NCBI RefSeq assembly: GCF_963921235.1
Contig: NC_086108.1
Span: forward strand, 30,382,001 to 30,446,000
DNA: 64,000 nucleotides
Direction: 5' to 3'
DNA from: Mobula hypostoma
Taxonomy: Eukaryota
Each line of letters begins with the position of its first letter. Position 1 is the first letter of the stretch. Both the position numbers and the translations under genes were made by a program. Shown piece by piece: positions 50,932-63,496 of this stretch. The notes under the pieces are model-generated. The model saw only the letters and a program-made list of their open reading frames with translations. It made no database searches and was not told where the DNA came from.

Positions 50932-53595
50932 GAATTGGAATGATCTAACTGTACCTTCTGAAGAATGTCTTCTTCAAATATCTTAAGGAGCAAATGGAAA
51001 TGAAACGTGCTACGCCTTCAGGAGCTATTTTGAAATGGATGATGAAACTCAACTGAGGCGAGATTGGGGATTGTGGTAGCAGCAGATGGAGGAAAGGGAC
51101 AGCTGGCTGCTGACTTGCAATTTAAGATAGGATATTATAAGGCACTTAATTAGAGTGGTATGTCACAGTAAATAGAATAATATCTGTTGCTAAACTGCCT
51201 GATAGAAAGTATTTTTAAAGCACTGACATTGTTTTCCCCAGGGGAATTTGGGAGGAGAAAACTGATGTTCACTAAAGTCAGGGATCAAAAATAGTTGTGT
51301 TGAGGAAAAACTCAGCAGAGCCGATTCTACATGAAGGGAGCTAGATGTGTCAAGCAATCTTTTGTTTTTATTTTCTGAATTTTCTTGACATCCTTGCCAA
51401 TATTTATGCTTCAACTAAAATGAAATTGAAGATCTGGTAATTACCTCATTATTTTTCATAGGAGCTTGCTATGCATGGATTGGCTGTTGGGTTTCCAACA
51501 TTGCAAAAGCAACCATGCATCAACAAGAGCTTCAGTGGCTGCAGAACATCTTGGAATGAACCATGGTCCTGAAAGATATTCAACAAATGCAAGACTGTGC
51601 CTTCCTATCTGCACTGTTCAAAGTAGCCAGTCCACTCAGCACAACATGGTAGGGAATTGTGAGTGACGGGGGTGCTAATAGTGTATTCTTTCCAACTTTC
51701 TCTTCCCCAGCCCTTGAATATTGCCAGAAGTCACAAGGGATATCAATATTTCCCTGTTTTAACTGGGCTCTGAGCTCCTCAGGAAATGTAAACCTGCCTC
51801 CAAATATAAGAGTTGATGGAGTCATAGAGGAGTGGATTTAAAAAGTGCTGGCTGCCCGGAAGAAGGACAGTACAGTATCACTCAACACCTTGTAAAACAG
51901 CCCAGGCTGGTGACAGGGATCTAACGGTCCATTTGTTTATGTGACTGACATGGGCTACCAGCCTATTAGTTGCCCGGTGTTAAGTTTCACACCTTCTCCC
52001 ACAAATGGCTCAGCCATCTGATTCTTACCTTCATCCTCGCACCCCCTCCATCTCCCATTACCTTCTGTGCCCCTTGAATAAGCTTAATTTTCATTGCTCC
52101 GCTGTCAAGCAAGCTTTTGGATGTTTTGACCTCAACCTTTGAAAGTTCCTTCCTGATACTTGTGGCCTTTTAAATTATCTCTGCTTTTAGGGTACTGCTT
52201 GAAACCTACCTCTTTGGGTCACATAACCCAATAGTTACCTTTGTGAGGAAGTGCCTTTTGGTGATTTACTACAGTAAAGTTGATCATATACTCACAGAAT
52301 AGGCAATTTTTATACGCCCATCAAGTTGGTACATCAGCCACTCAGAGTTCCCTAGGACAGATACTCTATGTACTGCATTAATTTTAATGCAGGAAGTAGG
52401 TAGTTAACCATTAACTTCTGGTCTTAGTCATGTAACATTGGAGATTTGTTCCTTCTCTTCGTTTAAACTTGGAATCCATATCAAGCTTTTGAATGATAGA
52501 AGTACATTTTCTGTACTTATTATTGACACTTTTTTACTCCCCTCAATGTGTTTTCTAATGTAATACATATCTGAACCACATACTTTTTCACTGTCCTGTA
52601 ATCACACAGTTTATAGTTTGTTTTTCATTTCTGCAACATTTTAAATTATAAAGTTCTATTTATTATTTACTGTTGAGTCATGTTTTTCATTTGAGAATGT
52701 ATATAGGTCATTGTATAGATCCCACTTCCAGACCAGACTTGCATATTCATAATGGGACTGGATGGGTGAAATATATTGTTCAGAATAAAGGGAATACTTT
52801 CATAAAGAATGTACATTTTGCTACTTTATATTTAATATGTGATGCCAAGTATTTTACCCCATTAAGGGATTAGCACCATAGCCAGAAAATGAACCAAATT
52901 GATAGTGTTTAGCCACTATCATTGCACATTTTTCAATTCGAACACGGGCCAATGAATGTTTTACTTACTTTGCAAGGCACACATATTGTATTCCCATATT
53001 TAAATGTCAAAATTTATTAATGAGGTTTGCACTTTTTTAACTTAAAAATAATTGAAACCTTTTACATTGTGAGAGATGAATGAAAGACTTGGTGTACTGG
53101 ACCACAAATAAGAGAAGTGCAAATGCTGGAAATCCAGAACAACACAGAAAAATCTGGAGAACCTCGGCAGGTCAGGCAGCATCTATGGAAGAGAGTATAT
53201 GGAGAAGGGTCTCAGTCTGAAAAGTCAACTGGTCACTCTTTTCCATAGATGCATCCTGACCTCCTGAGCTCCCCCAGCATTCTGTGTGCTTTGCCTTGGT
53301 GTACTGGATTTTGAAAGATAAAAAGGCTATGAATTATTCATTGATGTCTCAGGGCTAGAACTGTCAAAGGTGCTTCATGCAGCAGGCAAATATTCTCGAT
53401 TGGAATGTAAATTATTGGACCTTAGAATTGTATTTATTTATTGCATGGGAAGTACTTATTTAATGGGAAAAGTAAACATGCTTTTTGAACAAAACGTGAA
53501 TATTTTGATATTGTTGCTAACTTTATTTTTACATGATACTTTGTTTTGTATGAGTTTGAAATGGCCACAAATAAAGTGTTAAAAACCTCACATAT
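50932..53595 (+). other. Putative long 3' UTR with AU-rich elements and poly(A) signal
   Basis: ATTTA clusters at 52657-52669 and 53431-53462. AATAAA at 53570-53575 is followed by GT/T-rich sequence. An alternative AATAAA lies near 52784. Confidence 0.55.
53118..53292. repeat. Palindromic Penelope-derived mini-element
   Basis: Inverted arms CAGGTCAGGCAGCATCTATGGAAGAGAGT and ACTCTTTTCCATAGATGCATCCTGACCT flank a decayed hammerhead. Similar copies lie at 59715-59905 and 59980-60085. Confidence 0.65.
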
Positions 53596-54454
53596 TGTCA
53601 TTGTTCTTAATTATTATCCACATAAAAGTACAACAAGACCAAGAAATTACATATATTATGCAAATAACCTCTGGTGTTCAGAGAGCAGTAGTGATATCGG
53701 TGTTTGAATGCTGCCCAAATTAATGAACGTGCATATCCAATCTGCAGGAAGCATCAATTCCAAGAAGAAAGATTTGAAATAAAACAACACAGCAATGGAG
53801 TACTCTCGAGGAATTCTGCAGATGCTGGAAATTCAAGCAACACATTTCAAAGTTGCTGGTGAACGCAGCAGGCCAGACAGCATCTCCAGGAAGAGGTACA
53901 GTCTGTACCTCTTCTTAATGGAGTCCTCTACTGCTGAATGAAAATGTCCCATTGTGTACGACATCTATGCTACTTTGAAAAGTTATTGAAATATTTTGCT
54001 AGTTTTTGATTAGCTTCTGACAGAATTGGATACAATTGATAGCACAGAGAAATACTCTTGCCAGTTCCTATTTGGTAATGCTTATATTAAATGCTTTGGA
54101 ATACCTTACTGCTTTAGAGGCATTACATAAATACGGATTTTATTCCACTGACCTGCTTTTTTTATTCTCAATTAATTGGCATTAAAGATCAGAAAATTTG
54201 AGTGCACTGATTCAGTAGAGGAAAGCAGCTTGTAAACCATTAAGTTTCACCGTAAAAATGAAACTGGCATCTGACTTTTTGGGAATCCTGATAGTTCTGC
54301 ATCTGGATTATATATATTTTTCCATCTCTGTTATACCTGCTCCTATAATGAAACTTTCCACATTAGTGTCTTTAAGATTGTTTCCTCTGTCTTAATTGTA
54401 GTTTCCTATCTATTGTTGTTAACAGGGCTCTTAACAACTCTTTTTCTCTTATTT

Positions 54455-54755
54455 CTGCTCTCAATCCCTCATGACCCAGGTACAACAAGGATTTGGATCT
54501 CCCTTTCCTCATCTTTCATACCAAGTGCTTCCACATTTGATGGATGATCCTTGCTAACTTCCACTGCCTTCTACCAGAGAAACCTTTCAGTACCCTTAAG
54601 AGACCATTCCCTCTGACTTCCTCGTCCAACCGTCTGTCTCCACCAACCACACCCTTTCTGACAATGATGCACCCTTTCTGCAATTGATGAAAAATTTGTC
54701 CTTTGACATCTTTCCTTCCGCCATCCAGGAATCAAACATTTCTTCCAGCTGACAT
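54455..54755 (+). mobile_element. Penelope-like ORF remnant
   Basis: Degenerate NKD..PF.LIFH...SVPLRDHSL.L.LVQ linker region typical of vertebrate PLEs. Confidence 0.45.
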
Positions 54756-54864
54756 AGCAATCCATAAAACCATAAGATGGAGGAGCAACTTAAAGCCATT
54801 CAGCCCATCATGTTTTCAACACCATTCTATCATGGATGAATTATTATGCACATCATAATATGCC

Positions 54865-55362
54865 CATTCAAAGTAAATTTATTATCAAAGTACATATATA
54901 TCACCATATACAACCCTGAGATTTATTTTCATGCAAACATTCACAGTAACTAAAAAGAAACACAAACAGAAGAATCAATGAAAAACTGCACACAAAAAGA
55001 GGCATAAACAAACAATCTGCAAAAGTGAATCACTGTGCAAATACAAAAAGAAAATATAATAATACAAAAAAATCAAGAACATGAGATAAAGAGTCCTTGA
55101 AAGTGAATGTACTGGTTGATGGGAACAGTTTAGTGATGGAGTGAGTGAACTTATCCCCTCTGGTTCAAGAGCTTGATTGTTGAGGGGTGGTAGGTGTTCC
55201 TGGACCTGCTGGTGTGGATTCTGAGGCTCCCATGCTGCTTGCCTGATGGCAGCAGAGAGAAGAGAGCACGGCCTGGATGGTAGAGGTCCTTCATGATGGG
55301 TGCTGCTTGCCCACGACAGGGCTCCATGTAGATGGAGAGGGCTTTAACCGTGACGGACTGCC
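54865..55362 (-). mobile_element. Rex1/Babar 3' fragment
   Basis: Minus strand IMKDLYHPGRALFSLLPSGK, followed by the 3' tail shared with 23042-23135 and 43645-43700. Confidence 0.7.
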
Positions 55363-55699
55363 TTCTCCCCCTTACTAATCAAGAAACTAACCACTTCTGT
55401 TTTATACATGCCCAATTACTTCAGTCCACATAAATGGAACCCTGAGCTTCCAGACACATTACTTTACTCTTTGCCCTATTCTCACTCTGATCTATCTATC
55501 TCTCAGCCTCCGCCACTACTTCCAGCCCTGACTTATCTTCCATCTCAATATGGTGCAAAACTTGAAAATTAATATCAACTTTTACAATTTCAAACAACTC
55601 TAATAAACTACTGAGAATCCCAAAGGTTTCATACCTGGCTCATTACTAGAGTTTGGGTGTGTGTGTGTGGGGGGGGGGCGCAGATGTGCGAGTATATGC

Positions 55700-56082
55700 A
55701 TAATGCTGCTGTAGCCCATCCACTTCAAGGCACACCGATGTTGAATCACATGGTTATTTGAGTTGCTGTCTCCTTCCTGTCAGTTTGAACCAATCTGACC
55801 ATTCTTCTATGACTTCTTTCATTAACAAGGTATTTTTGTCCACAAAACTGCTGCTCATTAGATGTGTTTTGTTTTTTGTGCCATTCTCTGTCAACTCTAG
55901 AGCGGGGCTTCGCAAGCTGGGCTCCACAGAGTCCTTGTTTAATTGTATTGCTCCATGGCGTAAAGAAAGGTTTAGAACCCCTGCTCTAGAGATTCCTGTG
56001 CATGAGAATTCCTCGAGATCAGCAGTTCTGAGAGCAAGACTGGTGTACAAGTATACGTAATAATGTGGCCACTGAGTGTACA
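55700..56082 (-). mobile_element. Second Tc1-derived copy related to 35190-35486
   Basis: Reverse-complement similarity to 35190-35440, with terminus GTGGCCACTGAGTGTA. Confidence 0.7.
55903..55983. mobile_element. 81-bp hAT (Charlie/MER5-type) MITE with 8-bp TSD
   Basis: CTCTAGAG is duplicated at 55895-55902 and 55984-55991. Ends CGGGGCTTC / GAACCCCTG form imperfect TIRs. Confidence 0.8.
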
Positions 56083-57109
56083 GGACCACTAATACCATCC
56101 TATCAGCAATAAAACATCAACAGACCTTGCCCTCAGTGGCGCGCCCTTCAAAGTCGTTCAAAGGACACTTTCCAGCTCTAACAAAATGACCCAGGCACGG
56201 GTCGGTTAGAAGTTCTTGCCCTCATGCTACAGGCCATATGGATTTCTCATCCTATATTCTGTGAACTAAGTTTATCAATGTTTCTCCAACCATACACAAG
56301 AAGAGGGGTTCCTTTATTTTCGTATTTCCTTACAATGCAGTAAGAGACCACTCTGGTCGACCATTAATTTTCCCTGTATCCTGCTGCCCCCCCCCCCCCG
56401 CCCCAAGCTTTCATCACTCAGCTACACATTAGCAGCAGTTTACATTGGCCATTAACTACCAAACCACATCTTTAGGAGTATAGGAGGAAACTGGAGCAGA
56501 TGGAGGAAAGCCATGTCATTATGGAAAGAGTGTGCAAACTCCACACAGCCAGCTCCAGAGGTCAACCACTTAGAAGCACTTCCTTCAAATCTATGAAACT
56601 ATAATTGTGACTAACAAACTTACACTGGATTAAAGGGTTCTTCCTGCTGTGCTTGTGTGGATTGAACTAGAAGCAGTCAATTGTTCCAACTCTTGTAATG
56701 CTTCCACTGCATTCTCCAGACTTCCATTCATGACACAAATGCAATCTTTCCCCTTCAGACCAATTAGATATAATCACAACTTAATTCCATCAGCTCTGGG
56801 TGATCTCCCATGGCCAGCTCAACATAAAGTGTGAACTCATCCTCCAACTCTCTTCATTCCTTGACAGATTACTTGTCTGTAAATTCAGGAAGCTGTTTAA
56901 TTGGGGGCCATCTTAAATGAATCATTAGACTCCCTGACTCCCAGTTCATGGTATCTGAAATGTGAGATATTATGGTTTAATTTTTGGTAGTTTAATTCAG
57001 ATGCAGTTTTCAAATGCCATGCTTTTGAATTGTTTCGAATCAATTGGGAGAATGTAGCAAATGCACATGATTGTGCAGTGAATCAGTGTATCATTAAGTG
57101 AGTATAATC

Positions 57110-57395
57110 TTTTATTTATGTATTTAGAGATAGAACACAGAATAGGCACTTCCTGCCCTTCAAGCCACACCACCAGCAACCCCTAATTTAACTGAAGCCT
57201 AATCATGGGACAATTTTCAATGACCTATTAACCTACTAAGCCGTACACCTTTGGATTGTGACAGGAAACAGATGCACCTGGTGGAACCCCATTCATTCCA
57301 CGAGAAGGACATACAAACTCCTTATAGAGGACACCGGGATTCAACTTCAACTTCAGGCTGTAATATCATTGCGCTAACCACTACACTATTGGCCG
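57110..57395 (-). mobile_element. tRNA-derived SINE (related fragments at 5640-5770 and 56420-56565)
   Basis: The minus strand starts with A box TAGTGTAGTGGTTAGCG and B-box-like AGTTGAATCC, has the core GGAGTTTGTATGTCCTTC, and ends in a (TAAA)n tail. Confidence 0.7.
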
Positions 57396-57489
57396 TATTG
57401 TAATGGTAGATTTAGGGAAGAACATTTACATGTTACAATCATTGTATTCCAAAGTAAACTGCAAATATTCCCATACAGCACTCCTACAG

Positions 57490-57490
<1 letters not shown>

Positions 57491-57540
<50 letters not shown>

Positions 57541-58076
57541 TGCACACACACGCACACACACATACACACACATGCACGCACACACACACACGCACACACA
57601 CACATGCACACACACACAGGCACACATACACACACACACGTATACACACACATGCACACACACACGCGTGCGCACACACACACACATGCACACAGAAACA
57701 TGCACGCACACACATACACACACTCGTATACACACACATGCACGCACACACACACACATACACACACACACATACACATACACGCACACAAACACACACA
57801 CACATGCATGCACACACATGCACACATACACACACACACGTACACACACACATGCACACACGCACACACACACACATGCACGCACACACACGTACACACA
57901 CACATGCACACACACAAACACACACATGCACGCAGACATACACACACACATGCATGCATGCACACACACACATGCACGCACATACATGCACACACACGCA
58001 CACACGCACACACACACATGCACACACACACACATGCACACACACACACGTGTACGCACACACACGCACACACACA
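57491..58076. repeat. ~590-bp compound (CA)n microsatellite with CATG/CG/TA interruptions
   Basis: Directly visible. It produces the spurious HT-rich and CV-rich ORFs in all frames. Confidence 0.97.
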
Positions 58077-59039
58077 AGCCTGGAATTCAGTCTTCATTCT
58101 TTCCTTTCTGCCTTTGGCTTTGTTACCGTCCTCCCAGCTCCCGATCACAGCTTCACATCCACCAGTGATCCCAGCCCCAATGACTAACTCACACTCCCCA
58201 CTCCATATCCGTCCACTCATCCATTCTGGTTCCTGATCCAAGTTCCTTATCCTTGGAATCTGCTACATGCCTTTCCACTTTCCCAGCAAATCCCTGACTG
58301 CCAGTCCTCACCCACATTGTCCCATCCCCAGCTACATACCAGCCAGCAGTCCTCGTCCCTGGCTTTGGTCCCACATATGCGCATACTCTCACTTTTCCCT
58401 GGGCCCCTGCTTCCACCGTCACATTGCCTACTTCCCAACCCTGCTCTAGTTACATGCCTGCCTTACGTTCCTGACCTCCAGTTCCTAGCACTTTTTCACC
58501 CATATTCCCAACCTCCTACTTCACTTGCACATCCCCCCAGGTTCCAGGTCCAGCAGCACTCTTAAGCCATTTTCTCAATGCGATTTGGACCATTGTGTCC
58601 CCCTGTACTCTTTGTTCCCACTGTGCACTGTTGTGCTCCTCTATCCTTGTAAATGGAAGACTCAAAGAAGAACTTAAATGGATTGGAAAGGGAACACGCT
58701 GTCTTTGAGGTTTTGAGAAACTACATCCACTCCAAAATCTGAGGTCTGTTTCATTTTTCTCTTTTCTTAATAGTTTATATATGTTTTTTTTAATCTTCTA
58801 GGGAATAGCACTGGTGCATGGACCAGTTATTGGAAAGAATGGGTCTAGGTATGTATCTGGAGGTAGCACTAGTGTGGCAGTGCTGAAAGGAAAAAATCCT
58901 TGGAATAATAGATGGGATGGCAATCCAGAAAGCTGCTTTGTTCAGGATGTTGTTGTGCTCCTTCAGTGTTGTTGGAGTAGCAGTCGTCCAGTGAACTGGA
59001 GAATGTTCCTCAGGAAGAGTGAGTCTTCAAAAATAAGTC

Positions 59040-59315
59040 ACGGAAGGAGAGGGACATGAACAGGCAGCGGCAGCAGGGACAGAGGACGGTAGGGTCAGGA
59101 GAGGGGTAAAGATAGTGATGGTGAGGGGGCAGGTGTTTGGCCAGCAATAAGGACAGGGGTAGAGACAGGAGATGAGTAGGGACAAGGGCAGGGAATGGGT
59201 AACAACAGAGCCTGGGACAGGGACAGAGGATGGGACAGAGTCAAAGACAGGAGAGGCACAGGGACAGGAAAGGGGCAAGGCAGAATTAAGGTAAAGACAG
59301 GGACAGAGTAAAGGC
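59040..59315. repeat. Purine-rich low-complexity tract (GGGACAG-like units)
   Basis: Repeated GGGACAG/GGACAGG words. Confidence 0.6.
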
Positions 59316-60239
59316 CTGATACAAAATACCAGGCTCACTAAACAGGGCGATTATTACAGTAAGAACATACAAAGGTCTTGCGTAACCACTGTGATTCATA
59401 GACAGTTAGTGATGTATCAGAATGACTCTGTGTAATGTTCTCCCAAAACAAACACTGAACTCAAGACAACATGGTTAAAATGAACAAGTCATGGGCTATC
59501 AATGCACAACAAGACAGCACCGAAGGCAGCTGGGGGACATTGTCTGAAAGTGCAATATACAATGAATCAAGAGAGCTGTGATGCAGCTTTCATTGTGGTT
59601 GATGAGCAAAATGCCTGACATATTCTCGGAAGCATTGCATTCAGCGGAGGGATCTAGTGCAGATAGTCCACAAAAGACTATGAGGATTATTAAAAGCAAG
59701 CAGTCAGACCCAATGACAGATGCAAAAGACTGGAGGAACATTTTGGACCAACAGTGTCAGGCAGCATCTGTGGAGAGGATTAAAGAGTCGACATTTCAGG
59801 CTGAGACCCTTCATCAACACTGTTGACTCTTTATTCCTCTCCATAGATACTGCCTGACTTGTGAGTACAACTCTGGATTTTTAGCATCTACAGAATTTCT
59901 TGTGATTAATATACAGGTGATTTTGTACATCCAAGGAAGAGACCGGTCTCTTTTGAGCTGAACGGATCAAGTTGCTCAGCGTGAAATGTTGAATATCCAT
60001 TTCCCTCTATGGGTACAGCTTGATCTGCTGAGTTCCTCCAGAATTTTGTGTGTTGTTGCTCCAGATTTCCAACATCTACAGTTGCTCCTGTGTCCAAAAG
60101 AGTCTAGGTATGTGTCCAAAAACCAGGAGAGAAATAAAAGAGCAAGCTGGTTCTCCACAAGGTTTCATCTTCAACCTTCTATTCTACTCCCTGTACACTC
60201 ACGGGCAAATTATGGTCTGACTCCAACTATGAGTATGTA

Positions 60240-61095
60240 TATTGATACCACCATTGCATGCCATGTCTCAAGTAATGAGTCAGAATGCTGGAATGAGATA
60301 TAGAGCTTAGTAACATGGAGTCATGACAACAAACTTTCCCCCAAACAAAACAAAGAGCTGGTCATTGACTTCAGAAAGGGAGAGCATCGTAGAGTGTTGA
60401 GGTTGAAATAGTCAAGAGCTTCAAGTTCCTAAATGCGTGCAGCACCAACAGACTGTCCATGGTACTGATATAGTCAAGGAAGCTCACCAATGTCTCTACT
60501 TCCTCAGGAGGCTAAAGAAATTTGGAATGTCCCATTGACCCTTCCCAACTTTTAGTGATGCACCATAGAAAGCATTCTGTCTAGATGCATAATGACTTGA
60601 TATGGCAACTGCTCTGTATGCGACCCCAAGGAACTTCAAAGAGTTGTGGACACAGCTCAGCACATCATGAGAAAAAAGCCTCCCCTGTATGGACTTCATC
60701 TATACTTCTCATTGTCTCACTAAAGCTGCCAGTAAAGACCCCACCCACTCTGATCTCCCTTTTCTCCCCTCTCACATCGGGTAGAAGACACAAATACTTG
60801 AAAGCACATACAGCTAGCTTTAAGGACAGCTTCTCCCCCACTGATGTCAGACTCCTAAAAAATACCTCTTGTGTGATATGATGGAGTCTTGACCTCATAA
60901 TCTACATTGTTACAATCTTACACTTTATCGTTAACCTGCATTGTATCTTTTTGGTAGCTTTTACACTTTATTCTGCATTGCTATTGTTTTAATGTATTCT
61001 AGCTCAATGCACTGTGCAATGGTGTGACCTGTATGAACAGTATACAAGGCAAACTTTTCACTGCCTCTTCGTACATATGACATTAATAAACAATA
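60240..61095 (+). mobile_element. Degraded Rex1/Babar 3' fragment
   Basis: TKELVIDFRK, QCLYFLRRLK and SFKDSFSP motifs, then a 3' UTR with AATAAA. Confidence 0.8.
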
Positions 61096-62204
61096 GTAGT
61101 GCCTGTTATACATCAGACATAAACCCTCTATATGAATTTACAGTTGTTAAGCTATGTTGAACATTTTGAAATATTTGTTATTGAAATTAGCATTTGCTTC
61201 ATCAATCTTTTGTACGTGGAGTCTGACAAACAGGGATTTTCCTCAATCTGCTGCCACTTTAAGCACAAATTTAGCACCTCAGGGAATATCAAATCTGATT
61301 GTCCTTAACTTTTGGTTTGTGCATTGTGAAACTGGAAAATCCCCAGAAATTGGCTGGTGCAGGCTTCAGTGTAAATGTCCTGCATGGCTTAAACAATTGC
61401 TAGGACTTGCTTTTGTTTTAGGCATAGATTTTATAGTGTCATGGATCTGTACAGCACCGAATTCAAATTCCCCAGTGACCATCCTGGAAACTTAAGTCTT
61501 TTTTCCAGCATAGTGGCAGAAAACTCTAACCTTCCAAGTGTACCAAGATGAACCAAGGGCTTTGAATAATTTTCCAGGGGTCAGTGATGGTTGCAAGCAT
61601 ATTGTACTTTGGATATGGATGCAATGTGAACGCATTCATGCTGGATTGGTTGGACAAAAGGGCTTATTTCCAAGCTGCATGTCCTGATGACTATGCCACA
61701 ATGCCCAATCAAAACATTGGCTTATGATTAATAGGAATAATACACACAGTGAAACAGAAATGACTCAAAAAACCTGAAATTTTAGCTGGCAGAACTTTTA
61801 ACTTCCCTGTTCTCTACTTTCCCCGTTACTTCAACATTCTGTATTTCACTGCATTCCATACGGAGTTTAAACATTACCTTTCCATTCCTATCACAAGAAA
61901 CATTTTCATAAATTCCATCCTGTTTAGGCCCTTCACACTGTGATTTTAATTCTCTCCATATTGACTGGGCCACCCAGAGTGTTAATGGCTTGGACAGGGT
62001 GTAATTTTGACTCCAGCTTGGTTTCAATACCATCATTGCCTCAAAACTAATCAATAACACTGGACAACAAAGATTTTGCTTCCTAAATAATTTTAGGTAT
62101 ATCTTATGGATTTTAACCTGCTGATCAAGAAAATCACCCTGAAATTTCCCTATCATGCACCACAGTTTTGGAAATTGCCTACATTTGTTATTTCAATCCA
62201 TAAT

Positions 62205-62536
62205 TCAAGTCAGAATAACCGATGCCAAGATTAAGGAAGGCATTTTTGTTGGTTCATAAATCAAATAAGTCAGCAATGGCAGGCAACCTGATAAACTTCT
62301 GGTGGGACTGGAGGGAATTCAAGGGTGTCGTTGAAAGTTGTTTTGGTAACTACAGAGCACTAAACTATGTGCAGCTGGTTGACAACATGCTTCTCTAATG
62401 TAAAACCATGTAGTGCAACATGTCACTAAAGATTCATTTTCTGCAATCTTATTTAGACTTCTTCCCTGCAAGTCTCAGTGCTTTCAGTGACCAGGATGGT
62501 AAAAGATTTCACCAGGACATTGCAGTCAGGGAGAAG
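62205..62536 (+). mobile_element. DNA transposase remnant, probably CMC/Chapaev3-type
   Basis: DAKIKEGIFVG...FGNYRALNYVQLVDNML...CNMSLKIHFLQSYLDFFPASLSAFSDQDGKRFHQDI. Family assignment is from recalled motif similarity. Confidence 0.6.
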
Positions 62537-63490
62537 CAATTTACGATCAACATTGGTGTACCTCAGGGGTGTGTGCTTAACTCGCTGCTCTACTTCCTCT
62601 ATACCCATAACTATGTGGCTAGGTATAGCTCAAATACCTTCAATAAACTTGCTGATGATACAACCGTTTTTGGTAGAATCTCAGATGGAGACGAGGGGGC
62701 GAGATATACCAGCTAGTTGAGTGTTGTAGTAGCAACAACCTTGCACTCTGTATCAGTAAGACCAAAGAGCTGATTGTGGACTTCAGGAAGGATAAGATGA
62801 GGGAACATGAACTAATCCTCATAGAGGGATCAGAAGTGGAGAAAGGGAGCAATTTCAAGCTCCTGGATGTCAAGATCTCTGAGGATCTAACCTGGTTCTA
62901 ACATACCAATGCAGCTATAAAGAAGGCAAGTCAGCAGCTTATTTCATTAGGAGTTTGAAGAGATTTAGTTTGTCAATAGAAACACTCAAAAACTTCTATA
63001 GATGTACTATGGAGAACATTCCGGCAGGCTGCATCACTGTGTGGGATGGGGGTTGGGGGGGCTACTGCACAGGGTTGAAAGAAGCTACAGAAAGTTGTAA
63101 AATTAGTCAGCTCCATCTTGGGTACTAACTTCCTTAGTGTCCAAGGCATCTTCAAGGACTGGTGCCTCAGAAAGGTGATGTCCATTATTAAGGACCCCCA
63201 TCACCCAGGACATGTCCTCTTCTCATTGTTACCATCGGGAAGGAGGTACAGAAGCCTGAAGGCACACAGTCAGTGGTTCAGGAACAGCTTCTTCCCCTCT
63301 GTCATCGTAAATGGACATTGAACCCATGACACTACTTCACTTTTAAAAATAAATATCATTTTTGTTTTTGTACTAGTTTTAAATCGATTCAATATACATA
63401 CACATACTTGCTGTAATTGATTTGCTTATATATTTATTTTTTTCTTTTTATTTAATCATGTATTGTATTGCACTACTGCTGCTAATTTAA
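62537..63490 (+). mobile_element. Degraded Rex1/Babar RT and 3' region
   Basis: [27 protein letters not shown] and LPSGRRYRSL motifs. Confidence 0.85.
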
Positions 63491-63496
63491 GAAACA

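Noticed and set aside
57386..58241. 200-280 aa His/Thr-rich and Cys/Val-rich ORFs
   Set aside because: They are translations of the (CA)n microsatellite, open in all frames, and are not proteins.
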